Positions 38,746 to 52,174 of a DNA stretch of 64,000 bases are shown in pieces. This DNA comes from Malacoraja senta. Taxonomy: Eukaryota. A program made the position numbers and the translations under genes. The stretch spans positions 6,884,001 to 6,948,000 of the forward strand of contig CM075994.1 of assembly GCA_038087875.1 (NCBI GenBank). The letters are read 5' to 3'. The notes below the pieces were generated by a model. That model was not told the DNA's origin. It saw nothing but the letters and a program-made list of their open reading frames with translations, and did not search any database. Numbering within the stretch: the first letter of the stretch is position 1; each line of letters opens with the position of its first letter.

Positions 38746-39582
38746 CATTTTAATCCCGCCCCCCCCCCCCCCCCCCCACCACACCACCAAAGCCTCCGGA
38801 ATAGCAAGCACAGTGCCACTGATGGTAGGGTTCGTAACAATGCCACTATGTCAAAAGTTTAATACACCCTGGTGGATCGGGCCGAGCCCCCCCCTAGATC
38901 TCGAGGCCATAAGCTTAAGCTTGTCTAGCTTTACGTAAATCCGGCCCTGTCTCCACATCGACTCTATCCAAGCCTTTCACTATTCGGTAAGTTTCAATGG
39001 TTGGAGAGGGTTTACTTGCCCTTTTGGAAATAATGGCATGAGATCTTTCACATCCTCCCGAAGAACACATGGAACACAGAGGGGGTTCTTGGGATACAGT
39101 CTTACCCAAAACCTGATATCTCTGCAAGTGGCACAAACACTTCCTCAGAACTGATTCTAGGATGCGTCTGAGACTGAGAGGGCTGCAATTATTCCATATC
39201 TATTTGCCCTGAGAAGATGATTTGTCATGTAAAAGATAGATCGGGTAGATGCACAGTCTCTTGCCCAGAGGAAATGAATTGAATGCCAGAGGGCATAGAC
39301 ATAGACATAGAAAATAGGTGCAGGAGGAGGCCATTCGGCCCTTCGAGCCAGCACCGCCATTCATTGTGATCATGGCTGATCGTCCCCAATCAATAACCCG
39401 TGCCAGCCTTCTCCCCATATCCCATGACACCACTAGCCCCTAGAGCTCTATCTAACTCTCTCTTAAATACATCCAGTGATATGGCAGGGAATTCCATAAA
39501 TTCACAACTCTCTGGGAGAAAAAGTTTTTTCTCACCTCAGTCTTAAATGACCTCCCTTTTATTCTAACACTGTGGCCCCTGG

Positions 39583-41355
39583 CGAATTGATCATGGGGAA
39601 CAAGGACATGGCAGACCAATTGAATAACTACTTTGGTTCTGTCTTCCCTAAGGAAGACATAAATAATCTGCCGGAAATAGCAGGGGACTGGGGGTCAAAT
39701 GAGATGGAGGAACTGAGTGAAATCCCGGTTAGCCAGGAAGTGGTGTTATGTAAATTGAATGGATTAAAGGCCGATAAATCCCCAGGGCCAGACAGGCTAC
39801 ATCCCAGAGTACTTAAGGAAGTAGCCCCAGAAATAGTGGATGCATTAGTGATAATTTTTCAGAACTCTTTAGATTCTGGAGTAGTTCCTGAGGATTGGAG
39901 GGTAGCTAATGTAACCTCACTTTTTAAAAAGGGAGGGAGGGAGAAAACGGGGAATTACAGACCAGTTAGTCTAACATCGGTAGTGGGGAAAATGCTAGAG
40001 TCAGTTATTAAAGATGGGATAGCAGCACATTTGGAAAGTGGTGAAATCATTGGACAAAGTCAGCATGGATTTATGAAAGGTAAATCATGTCTGACGAATC
40101 TTCTAGAATTTTTTGAGGATGTAACTAGTAGAGTGGATAAGGGAGAACCAGTGGATGTGTTATATCTGGACTTTCAGAAGGCTTTCGACAAGGTCCCACA
40201 TAAGAGATTAGTATGCAAACTTAAAGCACACGGTATTGGGGGTTCAGTATTGATGTGGATAGAGAACTGGCTGGCAGACAGGAAGCAAAGAGTAGGAGTA
40301 AATGGGTCCTTTTCAGAATGGCAGGCAGTGGCTAGTGGGGCAAGGCTCAGTGCTGGGACCCCAGCTATTTACAATATATATTAATGATCTGGATGAGGGA
40401 ATTGAATGCAACATCTCCAAGTTTGCGGATGACACGAAGCTGGGGGGCAGTGTTAGCTGTGAGGAGGATGCTAGGAGGCTGCAAGGTGACTTGGATTGGC
40501 TGGGTGAGTGGGCAAATGCATGGCAGATGCAGTATAATGTGGATAAGTGTGAGGTTATCCACTTTGGTGGCAAAAACAGGAAAGTAGACTATTATCTGAA
40601 TGGTGGCCAATTAGGAAAAGGGGAGATGCAACAAGATCTGGGTGTCATGGTACACCAGTCATTGAAAGTAGGCATGCAGGTGCAGCAGGCAGTGAAGAAA
40701 GCGAATGGTATGTTAGCATTCATAGCAAAAGGATTTGAGTATAAGAGCAGGGAGGTTCTACTGCAGTTGTACAGGGTCTTGGTGAGGCCACACCTGAAGT
40801 ATTGCGTAGTTTTGGTCACCAAATCTGAGGAAAGACATTCTTGCCATAGAGGGAGTACAGAGAAGGTCCACCAGACTGATTCCTGGGATGGCAGGACTTT
40901 CATAAGAAGACTGGATAGACTTGGCTTGTACTCGCTAGAATTTAGAAGATTGAGGGAGGATCTTATAGAAACTTACAAGATTCTTAAGGGGTTGAACAGG
41001 CTAGATGCAGGAAGATTGTTCCTGATGTTGGGGAAGTCCAGAGCAAGGTGTCACAGTTTAAGGATAAGGGGGAAGTCTTTTAGGACCGAGATGAGAAAAT
41101 CATTTTTCACACAGAGAGTGGTGAATCTGTGGAATTCTCTGCCACAGAAGGTAGTTGAGGCCAGTTCATTTGCTATATTTAAGAGGGAGTTAGATGTGGC
41201 CCTTGTGGCTAAAGGGATCAGGGGGTATGGAGAGAAGGCAGGTACAGGATACTGAGTTGGATGATCATCCATGATCATATTGAATGGCGGTGCAGGCTCG
41301 AAGGGCCGAATGGCCTACTCCTGCACCTATTTTCTATGTTTCTATGTTTCTATGT
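39583..41355 (+). mobile_element. Relatively young 5'-truncated CR1 (RT domain nearly intact)
   Basis: ORFs 39572..40384 and 40302..41255 with NYRPVSLTS, DFQKAFDKVPH and KFADDTKL, few frameshifts, and a (TTTCTATG)n tail. Abuts an inverted CR1 3' end at about 39295-39582. Confidence 0.9.
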
Positions 41356-41704
41356 GTAGCTAGGATTTGTTGGCCGGTGTGGGCAAGTTGGGTCGAATGG
41401 CCTGTTTCCACACTGTATCACTCTATGACTCTAAGCTAGTGACAATCAACTGCAAGAAGACACAGTGATGTCACTGATGGTTCACTGTTTATGGGCCAAT
41501 GGAAAGATGATGATTCTTGCGTAAGACCATTTTGTTGGTGGGGCTACACTTCCGAGCCATCAATACGTGAATATTCACAATGTTACACCCCAGCAGTATG
41601 AATATTGACATCTCTAACTTCAAGTAATCCTTGCTTACCCTCTCTCACCATCCTTCCCCCTTCCCAGTTCTCTGACCAGTCTGACTGTCCCCGATTACAT
41701 TTCC

Positions 41705-42745
41705 TTGGCTTCATGGAAGGAAGCAGAGGGTGATGGTGGAAGGTTGCTTCTCAGACTGGAGGCCTGTGACTAGTGGTGTGCCTCAGGGTTCGGTGCTGGG
41801 CCCATTACTGTTTGTCATCTACATCAATGATTTGGATGAGAACATACAGGGCAAGATTAGCAAGTGTGCTGATGATACAAAAGTGGGTGGTTTTGCAGAT
41901 AGTGAAGATGGTTGTGAAAGATTGCAGCAAGAACTGGATCGATTGGCCAGGTGGGATGAGGAATGGTTGATGGAATTTAATAGAGAAATGTGAGGTGTTG
42001 TATTTTGGGACATCTAACAAGGGCAGGGCCTACACAGTGAATGGTAGGCCTCTGGGGAGTGTTGTATAGCAGAGGGATCTAGGAGTGCAGGTGCATGGTT
42101 CTTTGAAGGTCGAGTTGCAGGTAGAAATGGTGGTCAAAAAGGCTTTTGGCACATTGGACTTCATCAGTCAGAGTATTGAGTAGATCATGTTGCAGTTATA
42201 TGAAACATCAGTGAGACCGCATTTAGAGTATTGTGTTCAGTTCTGGGCACCACATTACAGGAAAGATAGTGTCAAGCTTGAAGTTCCCGGGAAGACTGGA
42301 GGGTCTGAGCTGTAGGGAGAGGTTGAATAGGCTGGGTCTCTATTCCTTGGAATGCATGAGGATCAGGGGTGATCTTATAGAGGTGTATAAAATGATGAGA
42401 GGAAAAAAACGGGTAGATGCACAGAATCTCTTGCCCAGAGTTGGGGAATCGAGGACCAGAGGACATAGGTTCAAGGTAAAGCGGAAAAGATTTAATAGGA
42501 ATCTGAAGGGTAACTTTTTAACACAAAGGGTGGTGAGTGTATGGAACAAACCGCCAGAGGAGGTCGTTGAGGCAGGGACTTTCCCAACGTTTAAGAAACT
42601 GTTAGACAGGTACATGGATCGGACAGGTTTAGAGGGATATAGACCAAACGCAGGTGAGTGGGACTAGTGTAGCTGGGACATTTTGGCCTGTGTGGGCACG
42701 TTGGGCCAATGGGCCTGTTTCCACACTTTATCACTCTATGACTAT
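41705..42745 (+). mobile_element. CR1 RT fragment with 3' UTR
   Basis: SGVPQGSVLGPLLFVIYIND and ESRTRGHRFKV. Confidence 0.85.
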
Positions 42746-43433
42746 CTATGTTTCCTTTGTTCCCTTCTCCTAGCTAACAATGATCTATTCTCCATTTTCC
42801 TTGATCTCCAACCCCTTTCATGTCTTGTTTTCACACCTTACTTCCATATCTCTGTATCTCCCTCTTCTCTGATTCTCAGTCTGAAGAAGGGTCTCGACCC
42901 CGAAACATCACCCATTCCTTCACTCCAGAGATGCTGCCTGCCTCGCTGAGTTACTCCAGCATTTTGTGTCTATTTTCAGTTGGCTCCCTTGGTTTTTCAC
43001 CAATCACATGCTTCCTTTATGTCCTCTCTGCACTTCCATCATTCTATGCAACTAGCAGTTGTTTCATTTCTAATATTTCCCATTCTGATTAAACTTCATC
43101 AATCTGAAACGCTGTGATTCCCTCTCCATAGATCCTGCCTTACCTGCTGATTATTCCTAGCAGATGCAATTTTTACTGCAAGCACTTAGAGAATTGAGAT
43201 TTCTGTAGCGACAAGGAACTACAGGTGCTGGTTTGCAACACAAAAACAAAGCGCTGGGGTAACTCAGTGGGTCAGGCAGCATCTCTGGAGAACAAGCATG
43301 GACGAGTTTCGGGTCTGTTTAAAGAAGGGTCCCGATCCGAAACATCGCCGATCCATGTTCTCCAGAGACACTCCTTGACCCGCTGTATTATTCCAGCACT
43401 TTGTGTCCTTTTTTAGATGATTTAGGTCCTCAA

Positions 43434-46387
43434 TTTTACTTCAGAGTCACGTGAGTGACTACGTGAAGACCCCGCCAGCACGCATGCGTGTCATATCGTC
43501 TATCGCATTGTGTACGACTGGCGGGGGGGCATGATGCTCCTGCCAGCTGTCAGACCTGAAGGTAAGTTTTTTAAACTTTTTCCAGGTTATGTCTTCTTGC
43601 AGGAACCTCTACTTAGAGGTCCTGCTAAAGTCAGGGGCGAAGTCCGGATGGAAGGGAGAGCCCCAGTCACGGACTACAGGGAATCCCGGTCACGACCTCG
43701 GGGAATCCCGCCCATGGACCAAGGGAACCCGCTTGGAAGACCGCGGAATGCGGGTAGCGGGCGGCGGGGAATTCGCCTTTCGAGCCGCTGGCGGTGGAGC
43801 CAGCGGCTTCATACTTGTGCCGGTGGCACCTGGACAAACACAGCGGGGATACCCCCCGACTATGTGTATCGCGGCTATCCCTTTTATAGGGACCGCGGGG
43901 ATATCCCAGCTGCAGTTACTGCGGGGGCGGAAGCCCCGACTGTAAACATCGCAGAGAAGCCCTTCTATAAGGGACCGCGGTGGAAATGCCGGCTATAGCT
44001 ACAATGGGAATACCAAGCTCGGGGGAGAAAAACCCGATAATGAACGTCGCGGAGAAGCCCTTCTACAAGGACCGCGAGGGAATCCCGGCTGCAACGACTA
44101 CGGGAATATCAAGCTCGGGGGAGAAAAACCCGACTATGAATATCGCGGGGAATCCTTCTACAGGGACCACGAGACCAAGCTCGGGGGGGGGGGGGGGGGG
44201 GGAGCGTTGCCCCTGCAGCGGAAGGTTGAAAACAGGACCTGCAGGTAAATTCTTTACTCTAAGGTCGTTTTGTTCTATTTTCTGTCAGAATTGTGTTACA
44301 GGAAAGGAACCATGGACTAAGTCCAAATGGACCACATCCAGACTGACTGCGGAGGACCACAGAAGTGCGGGCAATCAGCAGCGGTCGGCTGCACCTGGAT
44401 CGCTATTCGATCAGCAGTCTCCGACCTGGCACCTGCACAGTCCGAATCGACACCACAGACTGGCGGGAAGGCCAAGCAGAAGTCGGACAGGCCCGAAGGC
44501 TCAGACGAGTCGGGCTGTGAACACTCACCGTCGGCGGGCAGCGACTGTGATCGCATATCCCGCATGGAGCGGTTGATGGAGCAGATGCTCCAACGTGACA
44601 TGGAGTCTAGTCACCATGGGGTCCTAGGACGCCCATGGCAGCACCTTATAGAGGCTGCATAATGCATCTCCCTCGACAGAGGGGAGCATTAGGAGTCACT
44701 TCTGGGCTGACTCTGAAGACAGGGGTTTGGCTGAAGATACCACAAGTGTGCTGGGGGTGCAGGAACAACACAACCAGCAGCAGGAGCAGGCTGTGAATGA
44801 CAACTACCAAATACCCAGCACCAGGGAACTGTGTTTCTCTCAGTGTCCCTGCGGTGAACAGCTATCTGGGGACCCCAAATTTACAGGACTGTGTAAGACC
44901 AGTAACACACAACCACTGATACTGCCATTTGGGGGCAACCTTTTGAAACAGGTCAAGAAGCTCGACGAGGGCCGTCGGGCTCATGAAGGCCACATCATCA
45001 GGCAAGACCTCACATCTCCGGCGGCAGCACCCCTACGCACCCACCAGCAAACCACGATACACTGAAGTTGGTGAAAGCTTGAAGGCCGTACAACTAGGAC
45101 AAAGGTCTTTTTCAGGCCACGGCCCAGAACGGCCTTCCTGGAAGATGCGCCAACCCCGTACTCGAGCTCCTCTACCTCCCAGGAGCAGAAGGTGCAAAAA
45201 TCATGTTATCCCAAACCTGTGTAAATATTCATGCACACATGGTTGAGGCAGCTCTTGGGTCGGGTTGCATAAGTCCTCCCATTCGGATGTGGAAGGATGA
45301 AGCTGATTGAGGCAACTCCTGGAAGTTCCCCATCCGGCGGTGTGAAGGTATGGAGCCACATCGATGATGCCTCCTGTCACGGATACAAGTTGGTAATATT
45401 TACACTGGTTTGAATATTTACACAGGTTTGGGATAACATGAGATTAGTTTATACTGCACAGCAGGTATGGTTGGAGTTGCCTTTCAAGGCAGGCTCGCAA
45501 TTATGGGAGATGTGGACTGTTCATTGTCAACAGCTTCAACCCGCATGTGCAGTATAGACATTTCTGAATAACTTCCATGTGATCATTTCCGCTCACAGGC
45601 TTCGGAGATATTGGAAAATTAGCTGGATGAGGCAAGGATACACTCAGAAGCATTGCAAAATGGGCTAACTTCAGCTTCCAGGTTATTTACCAAATCACTA
45701 CAATCAGTGCTTCGACAGGGCTCGAAATTAGAGGTTGCCCGGGTGCCACTGACCACTCAAAGCGCCGCCGGGCAACCTAAACACCGATTCATTTTGCCCG
45801 GCTTGGCAACCAGATACTGGTTTGTACCGAAGATAGACACAAAAAACTGGAGTAACTCCGCGGGTCAGGCAGCATCTCTGGAGAAAAGGAACGCGATGTT
45901 TTGTGTCGACGGTGACGGCTGTATTGCGGCGCAAAGATACTGGGTGCAGGGTGAGGAAGGGTCGGAGCGAATGACGGGCTTCGCACAGCAGCAGCAGCGG
46001 CCGCGACAGCGGCTCCATTTCCTCCTCCTCCCGCCCCCTGCCCGCCCTGATAAGGGCGGGCAGGGTGCGGGAGGTAACTCCGAAGTAAAATAGTAAGATT
46101 AAACGAGAACTTACCAGTTTGAAGTTTGATCTTTATTTTATGAGGAGTAACGTTGAGGGATTACGTTCCCTCCACGCCCACCCTCTATCATAAAGGTCAA
46201 CTGGTATTCTAGTTTCTCTTATCTTACTATGTTTATTTCAATAACTGTTGTCTGTGATTTCACACCGCTGCTTTGAAGATTGACATGCATGCGTGCTGGA
46301 GGGGTCTTCACGTAATCCCTCAACGTTAATCCTCATAAAATAAAGATCAAACTTCAAACTGGTAGTTCTCGTTTAATCTTACTATTT
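43434..46387 (+). mobile_element. Internally deleted DIRS1-type tyrosine-recombinase retrotransposon
   Basis: Inverted terminal repeats at 43461-43493 and 46281-46313. An internal complementary region at 46074-46166 is complementary to both termini. RT remnant NGLTSASRLFTK at about 45655-45695. TTT termini and no TSD. Confidence 0.8.
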
Positions 46388-46389
46388 AT

Positions 46390-46775
46390 GGGGGGTGGAT
46401 ATGTAGAGGAACTGGATGTCCATGGTAAAGATGAGTGAAAGGGGGACTAAAAATGGAGAGTTATTAAAGAGTTGAAGGGCCTGTGAGGTGAACCGGTTGT
46501 AGGTGGGAATGGATTCGGGGAGAGGGGACAGAATAGGCTAGAATCTAGGTATATGGATAGATGTTCAGGGGGTGGGGGGGGGGGTCAAAAGCAGGAAAAA
46601 ATCAATGGGTCTGCCAGGACAGTTCTGTTTGTGGATTTTGGGGAGGAAGTAGAAGTGGATAGTGCAGTTCTGGGAAACGCTAAGTTTGGAGGCTGTGGAG
46701 GACACATCGCCGGACTTGATGAAATCAGAGGCAGTTTGGGAGATTTTACCCGCCAGCTGTTTGGGTTGAGCCCCT
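46390..46775 (-). mobile_element. Penelope-like RT remnant
   Basis: Reads FYFLPKIHKQNCPGRPI in one minus frame around 46600-46655, a typical Penelope RT motif. Confidence 0.7.
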
Positions 46776-46979
46776 GAATTAGGACTGATTCGCGCTCTGA
46801 AATGTCGACCATCCTTTTACTTCCATAGATATTGCCTCACCCAATGAATTCCTCCATCAGTTTGCTTTTTGCTTTAAAAACTACTTTGCTCAATAGTCTT
46901 TACATCCCAGTTTAATGACGTACATTAGCCTTCAGTGAATCACATTTGCCACAGGTTTTTCTTTTTAACCTATTAATTT

Positions 46980-49900
46980 AAGTAAGTAAGCTTATTGGCC
47001 AAATGTGCACATACAAGGAATTTGCCTTGGTGCTCCGCCCACAAGTAACAACATGACATACAGTGACAGTTACGAATGACTCAGAAAACACTAAACATTA
47101 ATAATAATAAAACATTCATGATAAAATACCATTGATCAAGCATGTGAACCAACAAAATACCAGATCAAAGGGAGGCTACAGGTTTTTGGCTGTTGAGTAG
47201 AGCAACTACTCGTGGATAAAAACTGTTTTTATGTCTGGCTGTGGCAGCTTTGACAATCCGGAGTCGCCTTCCAGAGGGAAGTGATTCAAAGAGTTTGTGG
47301 CCAGGGTGAGAGGGGTCAGAGATGATCTTGCCTGCTCGCTTCCTGGCCCTTGCAGTGTACAGTTCATCAATGGAGGGAAGGTTGCAGCCAATCACCTTCT
47401 CTGCTGATTGGACGATTCGCTGCAGCCTCCACGTGTCGTGCTTGGTGGCTGAGCCAAACCAGACCATGATGGAGAAGATGAGAACAGACTCTACGATGGC
47501 CGTGTAGAATTGGACCATCATTGCCTGTGGCAGATTGTGCTTCTTCAGTTGCCGTAGGTACTACATCCTCTCTTGTGCCTTTTTGACTGTGGAGTCGATG
47601 GTAGCCCCCCACTTAGGGTCCTTGTAGATGATGGTTCCCAGGAACTTAAACGACTCCACAGATGTGACTGTGGTGTTGTTGATGGTGAGTGGAGTGAGGG
47701 GAGGGGGAGCTCTCCTAAAGTCTACAATCAATTCCACTGTCTTAAGAGCATTGAGCTCTAGGTTGTTGCGACGGCACCAGGACACCAGCTGTGACACTTC
47801 CTGCCTGCAGCCAGATTCCTCCCCATCCTGGATCAGTCCAATCAGGGTTGTGTCGTCCGCAAACTTGAGAAGCTTGACAGAGGTGTCTGTGGAGGTGCAG
47901 TCATTGGTGTAGAGAGAGTAGAGGAGGAGAGAGTACGCAGCCTTGCGGTGCTCCTATGCTGAGCGTTTGTGGGTCTGAGATGTGCTTTCCCAGCCTCACA
48001 TGCTGCTTCCTTTTTTTATTTTTATTTTTTAATTTAAAGTTTTATTAGAGATATCTGCATATCATAGTCCAAACCAATACAAACTTTGTTTAACAATTAC
48101 ATATTAAGTATCCAGGGTTCCGGGGATCCAGTTACCAAAGTAGCTGGGGTCCTCCTACATATTAACATTACCTCTAATTATTTATTTATGTTCATAGGTA
48201 AGAAAAATAAAGAAATAAAGAGAAGAAATTAGAAAAATAAGATAAACTATCAATAATACAACTTAGGAGATAGGTCCGTAGGTCAGAAAACATAACTATT
48301 CATCCAGTCCTGGGTTCAGGTTTCAGTCAGGCCTCCGCGCCGGCCCAGTCTACCCTTTCAAATAATCTATAAATGGAGACCATATTTTAGTAAATAATTC
48401 TGGTTTGTCAATTAAGACATACCTAATTTTTTCCAAATGTAAGGTCTCCGACATCTCCATAATCCACATCTTAATTGTGGAGGTTGCAGGATTTTTCCAA
48501 AATTTTAATATTAATTTTTTACCAATTATTATACTGTAATCAAGGTAATTTCTTTGGTTTGTTGTAAGTTTTAGGTATTGTTCTGATATGCCCAATATTA
48601 TTAATTTAGGATCGGGATCCAGTTGAGTATTAACAACTACAGAGATTATTTTAAAAATATCCATCCAGTAATTTTTATACAATTTACAAAAGTATGGGTT
48701 AAATTAGCCGCCGAGTATTGGCATTTATCACAGATAGAATAATGCAGTCTATGTAGTACTTTAAATTGTATTAAAGAATGTCTGGTATTTAATGAGCATT
48801 GATGTATAGCACTTTGTGGCAACTGTGGTTGTTTAAAGTGCTTTATAAATAAAGTTATTATTATTATTATTATTATTATATGTTGTAGACTTTCATCCCA
48901 AATATCCTTTGTTATGGGTTGAGCTAGTTCCTTTTTCCATGCTAGTCTATATAATTCCGTCGACGGAATCTCACTGTCTAAAAGAGTATTATAAATGTAA
49001 GATATTAATTTTACTGTATTAGGGTGTTTATTCAAACATTCATCTAGAATCTCTGGCTCTCTAGTTCTGTATTCTTGTGTATGTGATTTAACATAATCTT
49101 TAAGTTGTAAGTATCTAAAAAAATTATTTGAATGTAATCCATAATTCTGTTGTAGCTCCTGAAACGAGAGAAAAATACCATTTCTATAAAGATGTCCCAT
49201 CTTTTTAATTCCATGATTTTTCCATTGTACAAAACCTTTATCCAACACTGAGGGTTTAAATGAAGGATTATTTGCAATGGGGAGAGAAAGTGATAAATTA
49301 TCCAATTTTAATGTCTTTTTTAGTTGTTTCCAAATTTGAATACCACTATAGGGTTTTCACTATAGATTTTTTAATTCAATTTTGTAGGAGCTAACAGGAT
49401 CGGCCCAATTTCAAAAGGCAAACAATCTTCCTTTTCCATCTTTAACCAGTCTGGTTGTTGATCCATATCTTCGAACCAAAAATTCATGTTTTTGACATTA
49501 ACTGCCCAAAAATAAAATTAAAAATTTGGTAAAATTAATCCTCCTTTGGTCTTGGGTTTGCATAGGTGTTTTTTGCTTATTCTGTGGTTCTTATAATCCT
49601 AAATAAAACTTGTCACTACAGAGTCAACTTTCTAAAAGATTTTTTTTGGGAGATATATCGGAATTGATTGAAAAAGGTATAGCAATTGCGGAAGGAAAAT
49701 CATGTTTATAGCATTAACTCTACCGAGCATTGAAATGAGAAGTGTTTTCCAGTATTGGATATTCTTATGCAATTTATTTAGTAAAGGCATGAAATTTGAT
49801 TTAAATAAAGAAGTATATTTCTTTGTCACATAAATTCCAAGGTATTTAAATTTTTCATTGACTATTCTAAAAGGTGAGTGTTGCAATAGATATGAGTTAG

Positions 49901-51900
49901 GTTCCGTTATTGGCATAATCTCACTTATATTCCAATTAATTCTATATCCTGAAAATAAACCAATTTGAGTTATAAGATTTAATAAGTTTGGGATGCTGAT
50001 TTCTGGATTTGTAATATATAATAATACATCTTCTGCATATAGAGAGATTTTATTATACCCATATATTTCTGGTTCCTGTCTGTCAGGAAGCTGGTGATCC
50101 ACCGACAGAGGGGTTCAGGCACAGTCTACTCGGAAAGTTTGTAGTGTAGTAGCTCTGGCACAATGGTGTTGAATGCATAGCTAAAATCAACAAACAGGAT
50201 CCTCGCATAGGTCCCCTGGCGGCCCAGGTGCTGCAGGATGAAGTGCAGGCCCAGGTTGACTGCATCATCCACAGATCTATTGGCCCAATATGCAAACTGC
50301 AGAGGGTCCAGCAGGGAGTTTGTGATATTTTTCAGCTTGGCGAGCACAAGCCTTTCGAGTGTTTTCATGACTACAGAGGTCAGTGCGACAGGCCTGTAGT
50401 CATTAAGACAAGTAATCCTTGCCTTTTTGGGTACACGAACAATAGTGGAGACTTTGAAGCAGGCAGGGACAGTACATGTTTGCAGGGACTGGTTAAAAAT
50501 GTCTGTATATACCGGTGCCAGCTGTTTGGCACAGAGCTTAAGAGTAGAGGGGGAAACATTGTCAGGTCATGGAGATTTCCAGCTTTTTTGTCCTCTGAAA
50601 AGCCTCTCCTCCTCCTCTATTTTTATTGTTGAAATTGGATGTTGTGCAGCACAGAGGGTGTGGGTGATTGGGTGTGAAGTGGTGATTGGAGGGAGGTGGG
50701 TGTAGAAGGGCCCAGTCTTTGCAGAATGAGGTTAGGCTGTGAGTGGGTATTAAGTGTTGGTTGGGGTGGTAAATGGTCCAGTCTTTTCAAACTGGAGTCT
50801 TGCCTTAAGTAGGTGTGAAGTGGTGAATGGGAAGGAGAGGGTGCAGGGTTCATTCTTTGTAGAATGGGGTCTGGCTGTGTTGGTCGGGGACGGGGGGGGG
50901 GAGGGGGTACCAGGGTTATGTTTCTGATTTTCAAACCTGCAGTAAAACTCATTCAGGTCATTGGTCAGCTGACGATTGTTCAAAGTGCGGGGGGCTTTCC
51001 TCTTGTAGCTGGTAATTTCTTGCAAGCCCTTCCAAACTGAAGAAGAGTCACTAGCTGAGAACTTGCTCCTCAACTTCTCAGAGTACCTTTCCTTGGCAGC
51101 TCTGATTCCTCTTCTCAGCTTGTACTTGGCCTGCCTGTAGAGGTCTGCATCCCCGCTCCAGTAGGCCTCCTCTTTAGACCGTCGGAGCTGTCTGAGTTCT
51201 GCAGTGAACCAGGGCTTGTTGTTGCTGAACCATGTCCGGGTCTTAGTTGGAATGCAACTGTCCTCGCAAAAGCCAACATATGATTATACAGTGTCCATAT
51301 ACTCATCGAGGCTTGTGGTTGCTTCACTGAACACATTCCAATCCGTGCAGTCAAAGCAGGATTGTAGGTTCTCAATGCTCTCGCTTGTACACCTTTTCGT
51401 TGTTCTGACCACAGGCTTAGCAGCTTTTAGCTTCTGCCTGTAGGTCGGAATAAGGTAAACTAGACAATGATCAGAGAGACCTAGACCCGCCCTGCGAACA
51501 GAGCGATATGCGTTCTTGATTGCCGTATAACAGTGATCGAGTGATCTCTCCCCTCTGGTGGGGCAGGTAACATGAAGTCTGTATTTTGGAAGGTCACGGC
51601 TGAGGTTAGCTTTGTTAAAGTACTCCAAAACAATGACCAAGGAGTCCGGGGAGTCACTCTCTACCCTCATTACCTGGTCAGCGAGTTGCATTTGCACCTC
51701 ACGTACGCAGGCTTGGGGGGGGAATGTAAACTCCAGCGAGAATAAATTCCCTCAGAGAATAGAAGGGTTTGCAGTTTATAAAGAGGGATTCTAGGTTGGG
51801 AGAGCAGAAGTTTGACAGTACCGTGATGTCGCTGCACCAGTCCTGGTTGGTATAGATGCATATTCCACCGCCTCTTGATTTCCCCGCTGCCTCCACATCG
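46980..51900 (-). mobile_element. Near full-length Rex1/Babar-like LINE (endonuclease plus RT), split by an L1 insertion
   Basis: [48 protein letters not shown] and LPSGRR. (CTTA)n tail at about 46980. Confidence 0.85.
48012..50072 (-). mobile_element. 5'-truncated L1-clade LINE inserted into the Rex1 element
   Basis: KISLYAEDVLLYI, FKYLGI, MLGRVNAINMIFLPQLLYLFQ and IWSPFIDYL. A-rich tail at about 48012-48030, with TTCCT repeated at both junctions. Confidence 0.85.
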
Positions 51901-51944
51901 TGATCTGCTTTTTATCCCGACTATGTATGCCATGTCGTGTCTAA

Positions 51945-52169
51945 AGGGCCTGTCCCACTTGGCTGTCATTTGCGTGTCACGCAGATGGCGCTCGAAGATT
52001 TTGTACATCAGAAAATCCTGCGACGCCACACGCGGCCGTGCGTCACTGCCTTTGTCATCACGCATCATGCGCGTGTAATGCGCACCATGTGCGCATCACA
52101 TGCGTGCCATGACGCATAAATGATGTTGCGTAAATTACGTGCAAATGATGGCCAAGTGGGACAGGCCCT
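51945..52169. mobile_element. PIF/Harbinger-like MITE
   Basis: TIRs AGGGCCTGTCCCACTTGGC / GCCAAGTGGGACAGGCCCT flanked by TAA on both sides. Confidence 0.85.
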
Positions 52170-52174
52170 TAACT

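Larger units (their letters stand above)
36958..38949. mobile_element. hAT-like MITE with 8-bp TSD, carrying nested LINE and Penelope fragments
   Basis: TIRs CAGAGCCGGATTTA / TAAATCCGGCCCTG. TCTCCACA is duplicated at 36950-36957 and 38950-38957. The host CR1 resumes after the insertion. Confidence 0.8.

Noticed and set aside
39106..39121. Candidate gene B microexon with good splice sites (ttgcag / gtaaga)
   Set aside because: 16 nt would break the phase 1-1 frame. Not included without transcript evidence.
43850..44185. CRISPR-like array
   Set aside because: Vertebrate context, degenerate units, non-unique spacers and no cas genes. It is a tandem repeat inside a DIRS element.
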